From Trichosphaerium sp. ATCC 40318 (taxonomy: Eukaryota > Protista > Tubulinea): DNA of 64,000 nt. Position numbers and translations under genes: made by a program. The stretch's first letter is position 1. Every line of letters starts with the position of its first letter. Shown piece after piece: positions 1 to 13,885 of the stretch. The stretch covers positions 1-64,000 of the forward strand of contig JALMLS010000325.1 in the NCBI GenBank assembly GCA_038496445.1. Direction: 5' to 3'. A model generated the notes under the pieces. The model saw only the letters and a program-made list of their open reading frames with translations, made no database searches and was not told the DNA's origin.

Positions 1-1745
1 AGAAAAACAACCGTTTGAACAAAGATTTTGGAAGGGTAGGTAAAAGATATTTTTTTTTTGTGTAATTCAATGATGCCGTACCTGCTGGACAACATGTAGG
101 TAGTATTGAAGAAATTCCCTTGCCTATCTTAGGTTCCATTGCGAGCAACATGGCTTTATACTAAAAGCAGATAATGAGATTTAATTAAAACCATCAACAG
201 AAACAAATCTCGAAGACTTCCTAGGAAAAAAAACAAACACCAACAAACGTACATTGCTCTCTGGGTATTTGTGTAGTTTAGAAAAATCTGGTGTACCCAA
301 AAGGTTTGTAAAAAGTAATAACAGTTCTTTGTTATTGCCTCCAGGAAATAGAGGACACCTATAAAACACAGACCGGTCAGTACTTCAAAAACTTTGCGAG
401 AAGGAAAAAGAAAAAACGGAAAAAAATAGAGTTCCAATCTTTTACCTCAACATGAGCTCCGCAAAAACGCAACCTGCGGCCCATATATCCACAGAGTGGT
501 CATACGCTTTCCCTTGTAGTAAAATTCCCTCTGGTGCTCTAAAGAACAAAGACATTTAATGAAACGATTCGAAACAAAAAAAACCCAAAAAAGCAATTTT
601 GAAGTCCTTTGAGTTTTTGGAGGTTCATGTATCATTTAGAAATTTATAAATACCTGTAATATGGTGTAGCCACTTGTGATAACATTGTCATACGTAAAGA
701 AGGTCCACAACATTCCGCTAAAACAAGAAAAAATTAGAACAATATTTATTTTTCCTTGTTTTCTTTTTTTTAGACTTTAAAGCAAACATAACAATATTTC
801 AAGCTTATAAGTACCTCTTCCCATACCCAAATCACATATCTAAAATAAAAACAGTAAGATCATTGTTATAGAATCCGCAGAAATTTGACAAACTTTTTCA
901 TTATTAAGAATATCCGAGAACTCGCTTACCTTCAGCGTGAGGCTCTTTTTATCAACTAAAATATTTTTTGGCTTCTACAAGGAGTTATATTAGAGCATAT
1001 GAGCGATAATAAAAGGGTTTTATTAAAAGGGACAAAAATCCCTTACTGTTTTCTTAATATTCGCGTACCAAGTCTCTATGAAGACAAGAGGCAGAGTGCA
1101 TATACTTTAGACCACATAGGAGTTGATACATAAACATCTAACAGAGAAAATGAATAAATTTCATTTTTTTTCAAAAAACGCCTTTTGAAAAATTTGCTAA
1201 CAGTGCGTAATTGTTTATAAACGCGTACTAGAACATGGTCTGGTGTTAAACAGGTTGAAGAGTTGATTATATTATCCAAATCGCAGTCCATTAAATCAAG
1301 AACGACATAGAGCTTGTCAAATTGATCCTTAGGTTTCTTTGTAATGATTTCTCGCAATCGGATAACCTGAATTGCAGTTTAGCGAATAGATTTCAGCAAA
1401 ACAGTCGAGCTACACGTACATTATCGTGTTGTAGGAACCGTAATAGCCTGATTTCCCGTAGAGCGCGTCTAGCAATGGCAAAATCGAATAAATGATGCAT
1501 TTGCTTAATAGCGACTAACTCTCCCGTTTTTAAATGTTTTGCACGCCTAATAATTGTTTGTATACTTTATTTGGCGCGAAAAGGAAGCACAGGCTCTTTT
1601 TGGTGGATCTGGTGAGAAAAGACCCTATTTAATGCACAACACCTTAAAACCGCACGTACCATACTGTAGCATACGCTCCGTGTCCAATTTCCTGCAGCAA
1701 CTGGTAATCTTCATTTAATGCTACGGGACTCAATAACCAGGACAT
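1..1745 (-). CDS. MAPK-family (CMGC) Ser/Thr kinase, multi-exon, 3' end runs off the window start
   Basis: Spliced reading: MSWLLSPVALNEDYQLLQEIGHGAYATV, ARRALREIRLLRFLQHDN, KLYVVLDLMDCDL, MHSASCLHRDLKPKNILV, ICDLGMGR, YYRAPE, YDHSVDIWAAGCVFAELM; GT-AG introns. Confidence 0.9.
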
Positions 1746-1981
1746 TTACTGTACGAGAGGGAATGTATTACCAAAATGTAATAAAATATTTTCCAATAAG
1801 AAAAATCGTAAGTTACTCAAAACTCCTAGAAGTGACTTAACTTCGTGTAGATTTCAATGAAATCAGAGAAAAAAAAGAAAGTCAAGTTTGCTTTCAGTAC
1901 GCAAGTCAAACTGAACATTGGCGTTGTTTATGTATAGAATAAGCATAGTTAATATGCTATACACTATTGTATACAAGCATA

Positions 1982-4093
1982 CTACTGTCCGTAACCAAGT
2001 ACTGTCGCTACAGCCGCAACATTCATTTTGATAATTTCAGTCGCCATTGCTTTTGTCAACTTATCCTAAAGAGGTTTTTAGTCGCGTTTGGATTAGTCAT
2101 TAAGCATACAGGAGTATCGGTAGTCTTATGATAGTGAGAATAGCGACTCCAGTCGTTATCAATAGCCAAAAGAGTTGGCATGTCTCGCTTCAGGAATGAC
2201 ATGTGATCAGAGCCAAAAGGGCTGTAAGTAGTTGCCACAGGTCCCATTGATGTGTACTAGATATGTGTATAAGCGAAGGGGTGGAATAAAGATAGTGTAC
2301 GTACAGTCTCAGCTGCTTTTATAAACGGATCAAGGATAGCCGCGAATTGTCTATATGTCTCTAGTAGGACACGCAAATTGGTGGTACTTACAGAGTATGC
2401 AACCATATCCATGCACATAACCTAACAGCAGTACTTTAGGTCAATAAAATACTGAAGAAGTATCAGTTCACGCACAAGTTTGACTTTATTTTTATCGCCA
2501 TCTGAAACTATCTTACCAGCTTGGAAGTCGCTTCTAAGTAATAATCAATGATTACCATCAGATATTAATTGCGTACCCATAAAGACCTTGTTCTTCTCCG
2601 GAAAACCACATAAGAAAAACAGTTGAAGGTGGTGGGTTGTTACTAAACGTTGGTAAAAAATCAGTCTTGAGGCTGCACAAAAAAGCGAAGAAAATATGTC
2701 ACAGTTTGTTTATACCTGAAGACACGAGCCATCTCTAAAAGCGCAGCAGAACCACTGCCATCATCCTCAGCACCTGGAGCAAGTGTAGTTGGTCGTTCAG
2801 AGATGCTGTCATAGTCTAAAAATAAAGTCAAAAAAACCTTTCAACCCACGTGTCTTTTCCAACCAACAGAAATATGGCTAATGCCATTATAACGTACGAG
2901 CGCCTAAAATATACCAATCATCAGGATTTTGTGTACCATCTATACGTGCAATAACATTCCATGCTTGACGCGAACCTAAACACAAAAAGAAAAGTTAAAA
3001 ACTTTATTAAATACGAGCTCCTCTTTTCAAGTACCGATTGAGTATTGTTGGGAAGTAACCTGAATATTTCCATTTCCAATACCATCAAGATATCCTATTA
3101 TCCATTCCTATGGTATAGCAGTTTAGTAAGGTTCTTTGTGAGTGACAAGAGAAGTTGTTATAAATTTTTAGTCATAGTGTCTTTGTTGTACCTCTGAATT
3201 ACGTATATCATCACCGTATGTGTACCTGTTAAAGTTGGCAAGAGTAGTAACTTGAGAAAACCATCTGCTTTCACTCAATTCAGCCAGCTATATTTGATTA
3301 ACTTACAAAAGAAAATGTTTTTCGTATGTTTTGTGTTGTACCATCTCTTCAATTGTTGGGTTCTTTATGCTTACAGTCTTGTTATAACTCTCGTTATTTT
3401 CAGTGTATCTCATCAATACAGTGTTTGGCTCAAATCTCATAGCAATTGGATCACGAGCACTTGGGACAAGTCGCTTTACATCTTCAACCTAAAAACGAAC
3501 TTTCAAAACCAACCAATCACAAAAGAATGAGTTTTTAACACGTCACGTGACATCGAAGCGACATTTTTGTGTAAAGTTTCTTTTTTGTTACTTGAGCGCC
3601 ATTCGTACGGTATCATAAAACTGTAAAACACGTACATTGAAAGTGTATGGCTCAGTGATGCTGAATATGGAATATCCGCGGTGAGAAATCAATTCTTGGG
3701 CTTCACGAGCGTTCAAAGTTACTGGTTCTCTCCAACGTAAAAGAAGGAACCTATGTAGAGCAGTTGAGCAAAGAAATACGTCGTTGGCAGGGAAAGGTAT
3801 GTTGATTTTTCACAATGACAAAATAAAAAAGCTGCGTATTGTACATACTCTTGGTGATCACTTTTTGACAACTGACTGTGCGAAAAATCAATGTTGTGAG
3901 CTGACAACATTTTTTCCAAACTTTTACCAAGTATAGCAAGCTTGTCGCCTATTTCAATCCACCAATCAACTCCCGGTAAGTTTTTGATTGTATTCAACTT
4001 GTTATAACCAGCATTCTCTATTTCAGCCACATAAAAGTCTTTACATAGCACCAAGGCGACAATACACAAGATAATAGCAGCTGTGCGTACCAT
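1982..4093 (-). CDS. Secreted M28-family zinc aminopeptidase (leucine aminopeptidase-like)
   Basis: Signal peptide MVRTAAIILCIVALVLC; ILGAHYDS, PGAEDDGSG, FSGEEQGL, SDHMSF and YHKTTD motifs across exons; includes a 12-nt microexon (FYDT). Confidence 0.9.
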
Positions 4094-5230
4094 TTTGCTC
4101 AGCTAGCACCTTTTTTCGACTGTTTTTGACTAAATACAGAACACTCGCTCAGCAAACAAAATCACGTGCCAATTTATTTACTGCCAGAAACCCAAGCAGA
4201 GCGCTACTATATCGCTCTTGGGTATAAAAATTCGCTTGAATATTGACTTGTAGCCTGTTTTAGCCTGGTACGTGTCTAGCCAAGAGTCACAGTATTGAAT
4301 TTGCACCGGAGCGATGTAAAGCATCCATCACGCTCGAACAATGAATACACAGCCATTTTTCGCGAGTCTTTTTTTTAGGAATGCAATTTGGACCATTAAC
4401 GTCATCACGGTGGACTTGCCGCGTCGATTTGGACATACTGCTTCAGTTGGCTAAAGCCACTGTTGACGATTTGTAGCTTAGACCAATAAAAAGAGTACCA
4501 AAGAATTATTTGTTTATCACGTTGTATAAAACGTTCACTAGAAGTGCCTCAAAAGGCGATACCACGACAAGACAATCGAAGCAATGGCCTCAATAAGCTG
4601 ACATTTGCATATGAGCTCATGACTATCCTGTGGACTGACACCACTATCATTCTTGCCTATTCCCCAGCGAGGTTACACATTTTAGGTTGTTCGAAAGTCA
4701 AACAGATTGTGCTCCAAACCTTCCCAAACACAATACTGTTACCACTATGGTCTAATAAGGGCAATCCTTTCCAAAGTTTAGTTGGTACTAAAATTAAACA
4801 CTGAAGAGAAGGCACACAACGCGACGCGGGTAAGATGCCAAAAGACCCAAAAAATACCTAAAGTGCAGTTTTATTGTAACAGACTTTTGACTACTATCCC
4901 TTTAATTTCGGGAGTACTAAGTCTTAACTACTAATTAATGTATGACACGATACAAATGAATAAGATCTTTATCCAGCTTTCTTACAAACAAAAACCCGCA
5001 ACCTGCGGCAGCGTTGCTTTTTCGAAAAAGCACTTTCCTTTTTTAGACATCTTTTCTTTTTAATTAGAAATACAAAACTCCATAATCGTAATGTATCTAC
5101 ATATAGAGGCGCTTGAGAACCGATTAAAGTATATGTCCCGATATTCCCGACATTTGAGGAGCAATAAAATTGATAAAACAAACACGTCACCAAAAATTTT
5201 ATTGTTTTTAGTCGAAAAGCCCGTAAGATT

Positions 5231-5773
5231 ATGGAGCTCTATAAAATACTATCTCCTATACCTAAATCGCTTTTACCACAACAAGGGAAGTACGAGACTA
5301 AATATAAAGCTCCTACAAGGAAGAAAACGCTCGCTTGGCACGATGCAACAACGAAGATAGAAAAAACCATCAAAAAAGCAAAACAAACCAAACGATGTGG
5401 GCGTAAGCGTAAACAAAGACCAGACGGATGCATTATTAAAAAAAGAAGACGTCTTACGAGTAAAAGAAGAGCTTTTACAATGATCGAAAAGCGTATGCTT
5501 GAGGATGCCTTCAGTATTGCTACATTTCCTGATGAAGATTGCCAAAATCGTCTTTCGAAAGCTCTCAATATATCAACACAAAGAGTACGTATATGGTTCC
5601 AAAACAGGCGTGCAAGACGCAAACGCATTCAGAATAAGCTGGAACGGGAAGAAAAGAAGAGGAGGATACAAGCATACCTCCAAAATGAAGGCAATTCGGC
5701 TCGGTTGGAATGTAGAAGAAACTTGTATGAAGCATTGTGTCATACTCCCATCGACGTACAACAAGCAAGCTAA
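5231..5773 (+). CDS. Homeodomain transcription factor (non-TALE, Q50), single exon
   Basis: RRAFT...LEDAF...RVRIWFQNRRARRKR in the 180-aa ORF; basic NLS-like stretch upstream. Confidence 0.9.
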   Translation: MELYKILSPIPKSLLPQQGKYETKYKAPTRKKTLAWHDATTKIEKTIKKAKQTKRCGRKRKQRPDGCIIKKRRRLTSKRRAFTMIEKRMLEDAFSIATFPDEDCQNRLSKALNISTQRVRIWFQNRRARRKRIQNKLEREEKKRRIQAYLQNEGNSARLECRRNLYEALCHTPIDVQQAS

Positions 5774-6359
5774 CTTGAATGTAGCTAAACATTCCTCTAC
5801 ACATAGCGTAGTAAATCTACATATAAGCAGCTCCAGTGATAGTTCGGTATAACGCAGGCTAGCGTTGATAAACCAAGAAAGCAAAAAAAAAAAACCCCAA
5901 TTAAAAGACGTCCTATAGTGGTAGTTTACATTTAGTGGATTAATACATTTTATGTAAATATGTAAGATACATAAACGATGATGTCGTGATGTACCGTCAG
6001 CCTATTAAAAATCATAGTGATTTTTTATGGAACCAAACTCAATAGGATTTTTAGCCTGAAATGAGCTGAGGTTGGATAGGGTATGATGTGAAAATTAGTA
6101 CTTCCTTTTAATTGTACAAAAAAAAGACATTGAAAGCACCAGCCTCCCATCATTATGGTAAGCTACGCTAACCGCGTTTTATAACTTGTCAATAATAAAT
6201 ATGTGGCGAATTCGTTACGTTAGTTTGTTTATTCACCCTTTTGTGACGCGTATTTCCAAGGAAACTTTTATTCACATGCTGAAAAGAATGAAATTTCTGC
6301 TTCGATCAATTGATACTAGTGAACCTAATACAGTCGCTAGCCAAGAAAAAAGTTAAGAA

Positions 6360-6678
6360 TTCTGAGATTGTGATATTACTAACTCGTAATAGGAACCAGT
6401 ATTGTGACTTTTAAAATAAACCGTATCTCATTATATTTCCTACCAGTCTGTAAATGTTAAAATGAAGACTCTATAACCGTAATATTTCTCAGCAATTGTG
6501 ATTTTGCTAACCCATAAAAGGAACCAGGCCTGTATCCTGTACAAGGACCCCATAATAGTATTGTGACTTTTAAAATAAACCGTATCTCGTTATATTTCCT
6601 AACAGTCTGTATGTTAAAATGAAGACTCTCAAATCGTAATATTTCTCAGCACGTGTGATTTTGCTAACCCATAAAAGG
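6360..6678. repeat. Local tandem duplication, ~2.3 copies of a ~129-bp unit
   Basis: agtattgtgacttttaaaataaaccgtatctc...gctaacccataaaagg at ~6398-6521 and ~6558-6678, with a degenerate tail at 6360-6397 and a 31-bp insert between copies. Confidence 0.85.
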
Positions 6679-7373
6679 TGTTTGTTCTGAATCCTATTTC
6701 TCGAAACTTTGCTAAAATCCCGGTCACATATTCAGTACTACTACAACCTACCATTCATAAAACTCTTTTAGTGTCTATATCAATGTAAACTAAAGCAATT
6801 GAAGCTTGGGTAATCAAAAAGTAAAGTCAGAAAAACACAAAAGGATTTAATAACTACGAAGCATATTTTATTTTCCCGGCGACAAACCATATCCCTTGTC
6901 ATATCCACCTGTTTAGTAAGTCATTTCAACTTGAAATCAACGCCACAGTGGTCACTACAGTGGGTTTTTTTCAAAAAACTGAATCACTAAACCATTGACA
7001 ACACGAGAAGCTTCGTGGAGAAAAAGCGTAGGCAAGCTGGACTAAAGCGCTTTAGGCTACCCTTTAGGACTGCCATAATTGTAAAAAGGATCCAGCGCAT
7101 ATCACAACATAGCAGTACTTTCTATCACATGACACCATAAAGCAAGTTCAGCAAGGGGCCCTTAAGTAAGGACGGGAGGAGCCAAGAAGTAGCACACTTC
7201 CCAAAATCACAAAGTCTGTTCACATATCCGACGAGCCGTGAAGAAAAAACGTACCAGCGATATAGAATATAACCGTGAAGCAATTTGGAAGGATTTGGTT
7301 TAGTACACATTGCGGATTGGTAAAACTTAGTTTTGGTGGCAAAACTAAGAACACTCAAACACTCGTCTCACAA

Positions 7374-10300
7374 ATGAAGCAGCATCTCTGTTTGCTTCTC
7401 TTATTATCAATTTTGGGCGCCTCTTGGGCTGCCGGAAGAGCAAGGTTTACAGCGACAGATGTTACCATTAGAAACAGGCCTTTCATTACAGTAAGTTACC
7501 ATCAGAAACAACTAAAAGAGTACCTGTAACGTACCGGAAACAAAGAAAGCGGTAACTTCAAAAAAGCTGTTTCTGTAACACGATAAATTTAGTTTAGATT
7601 TTTTTTGATGCTACGTTTTTTGCCCTCGCGACAATTTACCGCCCGGACACGCTGTTCCGGTGTATTCGGGACATATTACAAAATTCTCAAGCGTTTTTAG
7701 GGAACACTCACGGCATCTAAAATGTATTATGATAAAGCCGGAGAAAGAATTGGTTGGTACGTTACCTTTGTTATTTGTTTTGTTCCGGCGAAAATTACTC
7801 TTAAACTAAACCTTTCTTACACAATTGTTACAGGGACTACACATCTTTTGCGCAAGGATCTATAAGCGAGGCTTTCCTTTATGCCGAGGTACACAACGCC
7901 TGCTTTTACTTAAAATAGAAGGCGAGAAAAATTGACGCGTTACTTTTACAGAATATACGTCTAAGAAAGTGTGCGGATTCTTGTGAAGGTTATGGTGAGG
8001 ATAGACAGGTTCCGGATCTCGTATCTTCAGGTAGTAGAAGCGGTACTCGTAACGGATGTGATTGCTACAACGAGAGCCCATCTGCAAATAACGGAGAGGT
8101 CGACACACTTTGTTTCGATGGAAACAACATCTGCTAGTACGCAAAAAAGAAAAAAAAAAAGCATAAAATCACGTGATAACGAAATTTCGTCACGTGATAA
8201 ATTTTTCGGACAAAGGCGATAGTAGCGCTAACGTATTAATTTAGCGTCGAGTTTTCGAGCGGAGAAACATGGGAGTTTGATAACGATAAAATATCAACTG
8301 CTTCATTCCCTGCAGACGCCTTCTTGGACAGCGTTGCTGAAAAAAAGTACTTGCCCTTTTTTTTTTCGCTTTTTTACAAATTCACTGCCACTTTCTTCAA
8401 TTTTCTTGTGGCTAAGATTATCGCCTATTATAATCTTCCACACCATTCTACTCTTTCAATCATTTTCTTTGTTTAAACTGCTCTGTTATGCGCGGGGTAC
8501 AGTAATAACCGTTTACAATAGAAAACAGCCAAATGGAGGAGGATGTACTGACGAGTGCAGTCAAGTATTTGATATTGTATTGGTACTTGATGAATCTGGT
8601 TCTATTGACAATAACGAGGTACGTCAGTTAAAAATACTGTTGTTTATCGCTAAAATACGAGTTTAGTGGAAAGACTTGAAAGCTTTCGCAGTACAATTGG
8701 TTGAAGCTTTCGAAGTTGGCACAAACGGAGCTAATTTTGGCACGTGACCGCATGAGAACGTTTTATTCAAACTTTATTAATAATGTTTGTTTTAGCTATT
8801 AAATTGTACGCCAGTAGTGGACGTAACCTATTGCAAATGTCAGCGAATAAAAACTCAATTACAAATCAACTTGAAAGTGAGTTACAAAAAAAACCCAAAC
8901 AAAACGAAGAAAAACAAAAAACTTTTATCTTCTTTTTTTCTCTGTTTTCTCTCTGATGCCCCTTCTCTAGACATTAGCAAACGCGGAGGATCTACATGTA
9001 TTGGATGTGGTATACAGCTTGCTGTAGACGAGCTTAACCGCAGAAGACGTCCAAATGTTCCAGCTGTACGCCAATACAAAAAAAAAATTAGCCAAGCAAA
9101 CTAAGACCTACAGTCCTAACCTCAACTAACCTCTTTCAACAGCTTATTGTTACCTTAACTGACGGACGTAATAACCGACCTTCTGGAAGCTTTGATTCAC
9201 ACTTGACAACTCATACTAATAGCGCAAGAAACGTAAGTTCAGAGCATCCTCAAAAATATGACGTACTTACAATTTTGTTTTCAAAAAGGCTGGATACAAG
9301 ATGGTTTCTGTTGGTGTTGGTAATAATCTAAATCAAGATGACTTGAAAAAGATTACATCAGTATGGCCTGATGATCATATCTTGGTACAAGACTTCTCAA
9401 CACTTGAAGCAAAACTTTCTGATATTTTAACTGTTATCTGTCCTGGTACGTCACTCCTTGCTTCCTAAAGCACAAATCCACCTTAATAACGATTCAACTA
9501 GTCAATACCGACAATGATTGTGGTGCTACCTGTAAAGGATTCTGTCACTGTGGTCAAGAATGTACTTGCCCATCAACTTGTGAACCAATCGATAAGTGTC
9601 ATACAGCACGTTGTGTTGCATCTGCTGGTTTTGCTTGTGTACAAGAGGCAATCAAATGTGATGATGGAAACCTTTGCACAACAGATACATGCAACCCAAA
9701 CAGTACGTTCTACAATGACTTTCTTTAATTGAGACTTACGAATTTGTTCCAAAACAGCTGGATGCGTTTTCACTGATATCAGCTCACAGTGTGACTCTAA
9801 CTCTGATTGTATCATTGATAGTTGTGATCCTAAACTTGGTGTACGATATTTTCAAAGTTTTGTGGTACACTGTGCGGTTGCTGACATATTTCTTCTTTTT
9901 GTAGTGTTTGACAACAGACAAGAGTTGTCCTGTCGTTGATAAATGTATCGAAATGAGATGTGACAATCCAGGAGGTTGCCAAGATATCATCATAGACAAC
10001 TCTACATGCTTTGATCGTGCTCCTGGACGTACAAAGAATGCTTGTTGGCAACACTGGTGTGATGGTGCGAAAACAGATTTTGAGACATTTAAAAAACAAC
10101 ACATATTATCTCACTTTCAAAGTACTGCTTCTAAACCCTCCTTCCTTAGATGGATGCAAACGTAAAAGTCTAGAATGTGATTTCGGAGACAAATGTAGAG
10201 TATACGGTTGTGATGAAAACACAGGATGTACAGATGAACCAAGAGACTGTCAAGGAAATGATCTTTGCACTGTATACGATTGTGATTGTACGTTGCTGAA

Positions 10301-12228
10301 ATTTGTTTGCCATCCCTTTTTTGTCACATGTTTGTTCTTCGTTCTTCTTATTTACAATTCCAATTAGCTACTGTCGGTTGTACAGAAAGACCAAAGGATT
10401 GTAACGATAATCAAGTTTGTACCACAGACACGTGTAATCCAGCAAATGGCCAGTAAGTATTTCAAGGCCTAAGGCTCTTTTTCTAATTGCTAACCCTTCT
10501 CTAGATGTGTACACACACCAGCAGACGATTGTGGACCATGTCAATACTCCAATGGTGGAGTTGTCAACTGTACTGTCATACTAGCAAGTCAGCTCGCCGT
10601 AAGTTTTTTACAAATACTTCAACGAAAAGTTATCCCCATCTAAACACCGTTTTTAGTCTGATATGTGTCAAAACCCATTCTGCGACCTAACAGGTCCAAA
10701 AGGTGATCCTGAGATAAATTGTAAATTAGAAGATACAAAATCAAAATGTGACACGTGCGTCATCAAAAAACTAAAACAGTCTATTCAGATTCTGTTTTTT
10801 TACAAAATCATCGTAATTCTTACCTCTTTACCCTTTTTAGACCAAACATGTGTATCAACAGTGCCTGTAATATTTTAACTGGCGAATGTGATGTATCTGC
10901 TGTTGTATGTGAATCCAATGACGCTTGTATCATCGATTCATGTAATCCAGATAGTACGTTTCCGTTGTCTTTTGTTGCTTGTTCTATAATTTGTTTTCTT
11001 ACATTCTCTCCACAGGTGGATGTGTAACTGAAGCTCGCGTTTGTGAGAAACGAGATGAATGTGAAGAAGTCTCTTGTGATAAGTAAGTGCACATGACCGT
11101 AGTCAGTCAATAAGAAACACAAAATAACTTTGTTCTTTAGAGATACAGGATGTGTTTACACTCCAAAGAACTGTGATTTCGGTGATCCTTGCAAGATCTA
11201 CTCTTGTGATCCTTCATCAGGTTGCCAAGAAGAAATCAAGTGCAAACCAATCAACAATTGCTTCAATAACACATGTGACGCCATGACTGGAAACTGTTCG
11301 GCAGTAGATCTATGTGACGACAAAAATGAGTACGATCATTTTTCCTGTTTGCAGATGATACTTACTGGTTTTATTCAAGGTGTACTATTGACACTTGTGA
11401 TTTGAGCGTTACAGGTGGTATGTGTGTCACTGAAACCATCAACGCAACCGAGGTTTGTAATGATTTCGATGGCTGTACCAATGATATTTGCGAGTACGTT
11501 TCAATCTTTTTAAACACGTTGGGTTAGTTGTCTTGTTTACTTATTGTTTTTACTCTAGTCCTTCAATTGGATGTGTTAATGAATACGAGGAGTGTCCAAA
11601 TTTTAACTCAACTCTAGAATGTTTGGTGGCTTCACCTTGTCATCCGTAAGAAAACAACTCTTTTTTTTTTTTTTCATTTGTTCATTACTAACCTTGGATT
11701 TTTTCGTAGACTACTAGGATGTCGTATTGGAAGTTTCGACTGTGATCCTATTGATAGTTGTCATATTGCTGATTGCGTATTTGTGTAAGTAGAATTTTTC
11801 GAGATGAGCTAATTTTGTGATAACACGAAGCGCCTTAAGCTGTGCTCAAGAAACTACAACAAACATTCGATTTAACTTTTTTTTACAGAAACGCCACAGC
11901 CACTGAAGACTCAAAGAACACATGTGAAAACACTAAAGTAGACAATGTCTTATGTGTGATTGGTGCTGGAGCTGTAGCAGGTCTATCAATCGGTGCAGGT
12001 ACGCAACAGCGTCACGAAAACCCACAATTCGCCTATTCTAACTTATACCTTTAAGGTGTTTTGGCTGTAATCATCATTGCTGTCATTGTAGCACTTATAC
12101 TCGCTTCTCTTGCTGCTGCCAAAGCTTACCAAGTTCTTACTGCCGATGGAATGGACAGTGGAGCAGCACAAAGCTCTCAAATATTCAAACCTGATGGTGT
12201 TGAAGGAGAGAGCCAAATCTTTGCTTAA
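7374..12228 (+). CDS. Type I membrane adhesion receptor: signal peptide, vWA (MIDAS), Cys-rich repeats, TM, short tail (Sib/integrin-beta-like)
   Basis: MKQHLCLLLLLSILGASWA; LVLDESGS, GGSTCIG, LTDG; many CDDGNLCTTDTCNP-type repeats; GAGAVAGLSIGAGVLAVIIIAVIVAL TM; about 20 introns. Confidence 0.85.
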
Positions 12229-12411
12229 ATTCTAACAAATCAAAAGAGAGCGAAGGCTCTTATTTTATAAAATGGTTTTGGTTTTTCTGAAACCAATCCT
12301 TTTTTGTACCTTTAATAAAAGTAGTTTCCTTTTTATTTTTGACAGCTTTTGAGAAAATTGCGCCAAATAGTTTTGTTGAACACCTGTTTTGTGTGCAATA
12401 GCTTGTAGCTC

Positions 12412-13664
12412 ATGGGACGTAAAATTACTTTCTTTGGCTTTGTACCGGCTTACAAAGACTGGAAGGCTTTATATGATGCTTTTAGGTGTAGAACTGTAAC
12501 TAAAATAATATTTCATATTGTTTGTATGTGCTTCTATCACGTGATACAAATTGGTAAATATTAGAAACTCTACCTTACATAATAATAGTCTTAATGAATG
12601 TTGCGTCTAAAGTAGCAATAGAAGGAGAGGACCGTAAGAATGCGTTTAGATAAAGAAAGAGTAGATTTTGGATACCTTGGGAAGAACAGAAGAAGGCAAA
12701 GCAACCGGCAATCTAGAACAATACTTTATAGAAAAAGATTACATGCAACTACTGATTTGGCGACTGAAGAACTCACAATTGTAAATGCTCTTTTCATTGA
12801 AGCTTCTATTGAGTTTCTCATAGACTTATGACATTTATTCGGCTTACATTCAAGATTGGTTTTAATACCAGATGGATAATACTCATAGAGAAGCACTGCG
12901 AGTGTATTTGTACATTGGAAAGGGTACTGGAGGTAAAGGTACAGCAGTGTTTCAACAACTATTCTTTGACTAACACAACAAAAAAAAACCAGGACCTAAC
13001 AATGTTAAGACTATACTCAGCAATCACGGGTGCACTGTAACATGTGTTAAGACGCTAGAAAGGGATCTTAATGTTTTAAATTACGACATAGTCATATTCC
13101 CAGGAGGTTCACAAGTACAACAAAGCAATACTATAGGAAGTGAAGGGAAGACAATTGTAAAAAGCTTTGTAGAAAACGGCGGAGGTACACTCCCATTTTG
13201 GATCCACATAGCTTAAACTTGATATAGGGTATTTTGGCATATGTGCGGGAGCATTCTTGGGTACCTCAAATCCTCAGTATGGTATTGGATTACTCTCAAT
13301 TCTTGCAAACAGAAAAATACCTAAAAATGAACCTGAGATTTCAGGAGAGATTCAAATGAAAACGTGCATTGAAGGTTTCTTTAGTAAAAATCACGTGATA
13401 TCATGCAAATATCATAACGGTCCTCTGTTTCCAAAGTATAATATACCTGAAGGTATAGAGACAATGGCAGAAGTTAGTAAAGGCGCAGGATCAAAAAAAT
13501 CAGCCAAAAACATGTTTAAGATGGGATGTATAGTACGAGGTACATGTGGTAAGGGTAAAGTTGTACTATGTGGACCACATCCAGAGACTTCCAGTGATTT
13601 AGATGAATTTACCTGGAATATGATAGAGCAGGTAGCAAACAAGAGTGGCGATAGTGTAGCTTGA
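12412..13664 (+). CDS. BPL_N / class I glutamine amidotransferase-like protein (5' exons uncertain; core from ~12872)
   Basis: VYLYIGKGTG, IVIFPGGS, FVENGGGYFGICAGAF (nucleophile Cys), VVLCGPHPE (His-x-Glu). Confidence 0.75.
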
Positions 13665-13885
13665 TATGAAAAAACAAATTGTACCAATCAAGCATTGCAA
13701 GCGAATGTGGTATCTGCTTTTTCTGTACACACGTTGATATCAATAAATGAATATTGTAAAAATTAGAAGCAGATACACACGTTCAAGACACCAACGACAT
13801 GTGAGGAAAGGAGAAATCATCGCACAAACTGTTGTTTTTATTTGTCCGAGAAGAAGTAATCGGGTTTTTATAGAAGGTTTCAACT

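Noticed and set aside
5239-5884. Overlapping antisense ORFs here and at 27757, 32742 and 33123
   Set aside because: Shadows of real coding sequence or repeats on the other strand
6398-6678. Repeat-spacer-repeat resembling a CRISPR array
   Set aside because: Units are ~125 bp, only two full copies, eukaryotic context, no cas genes
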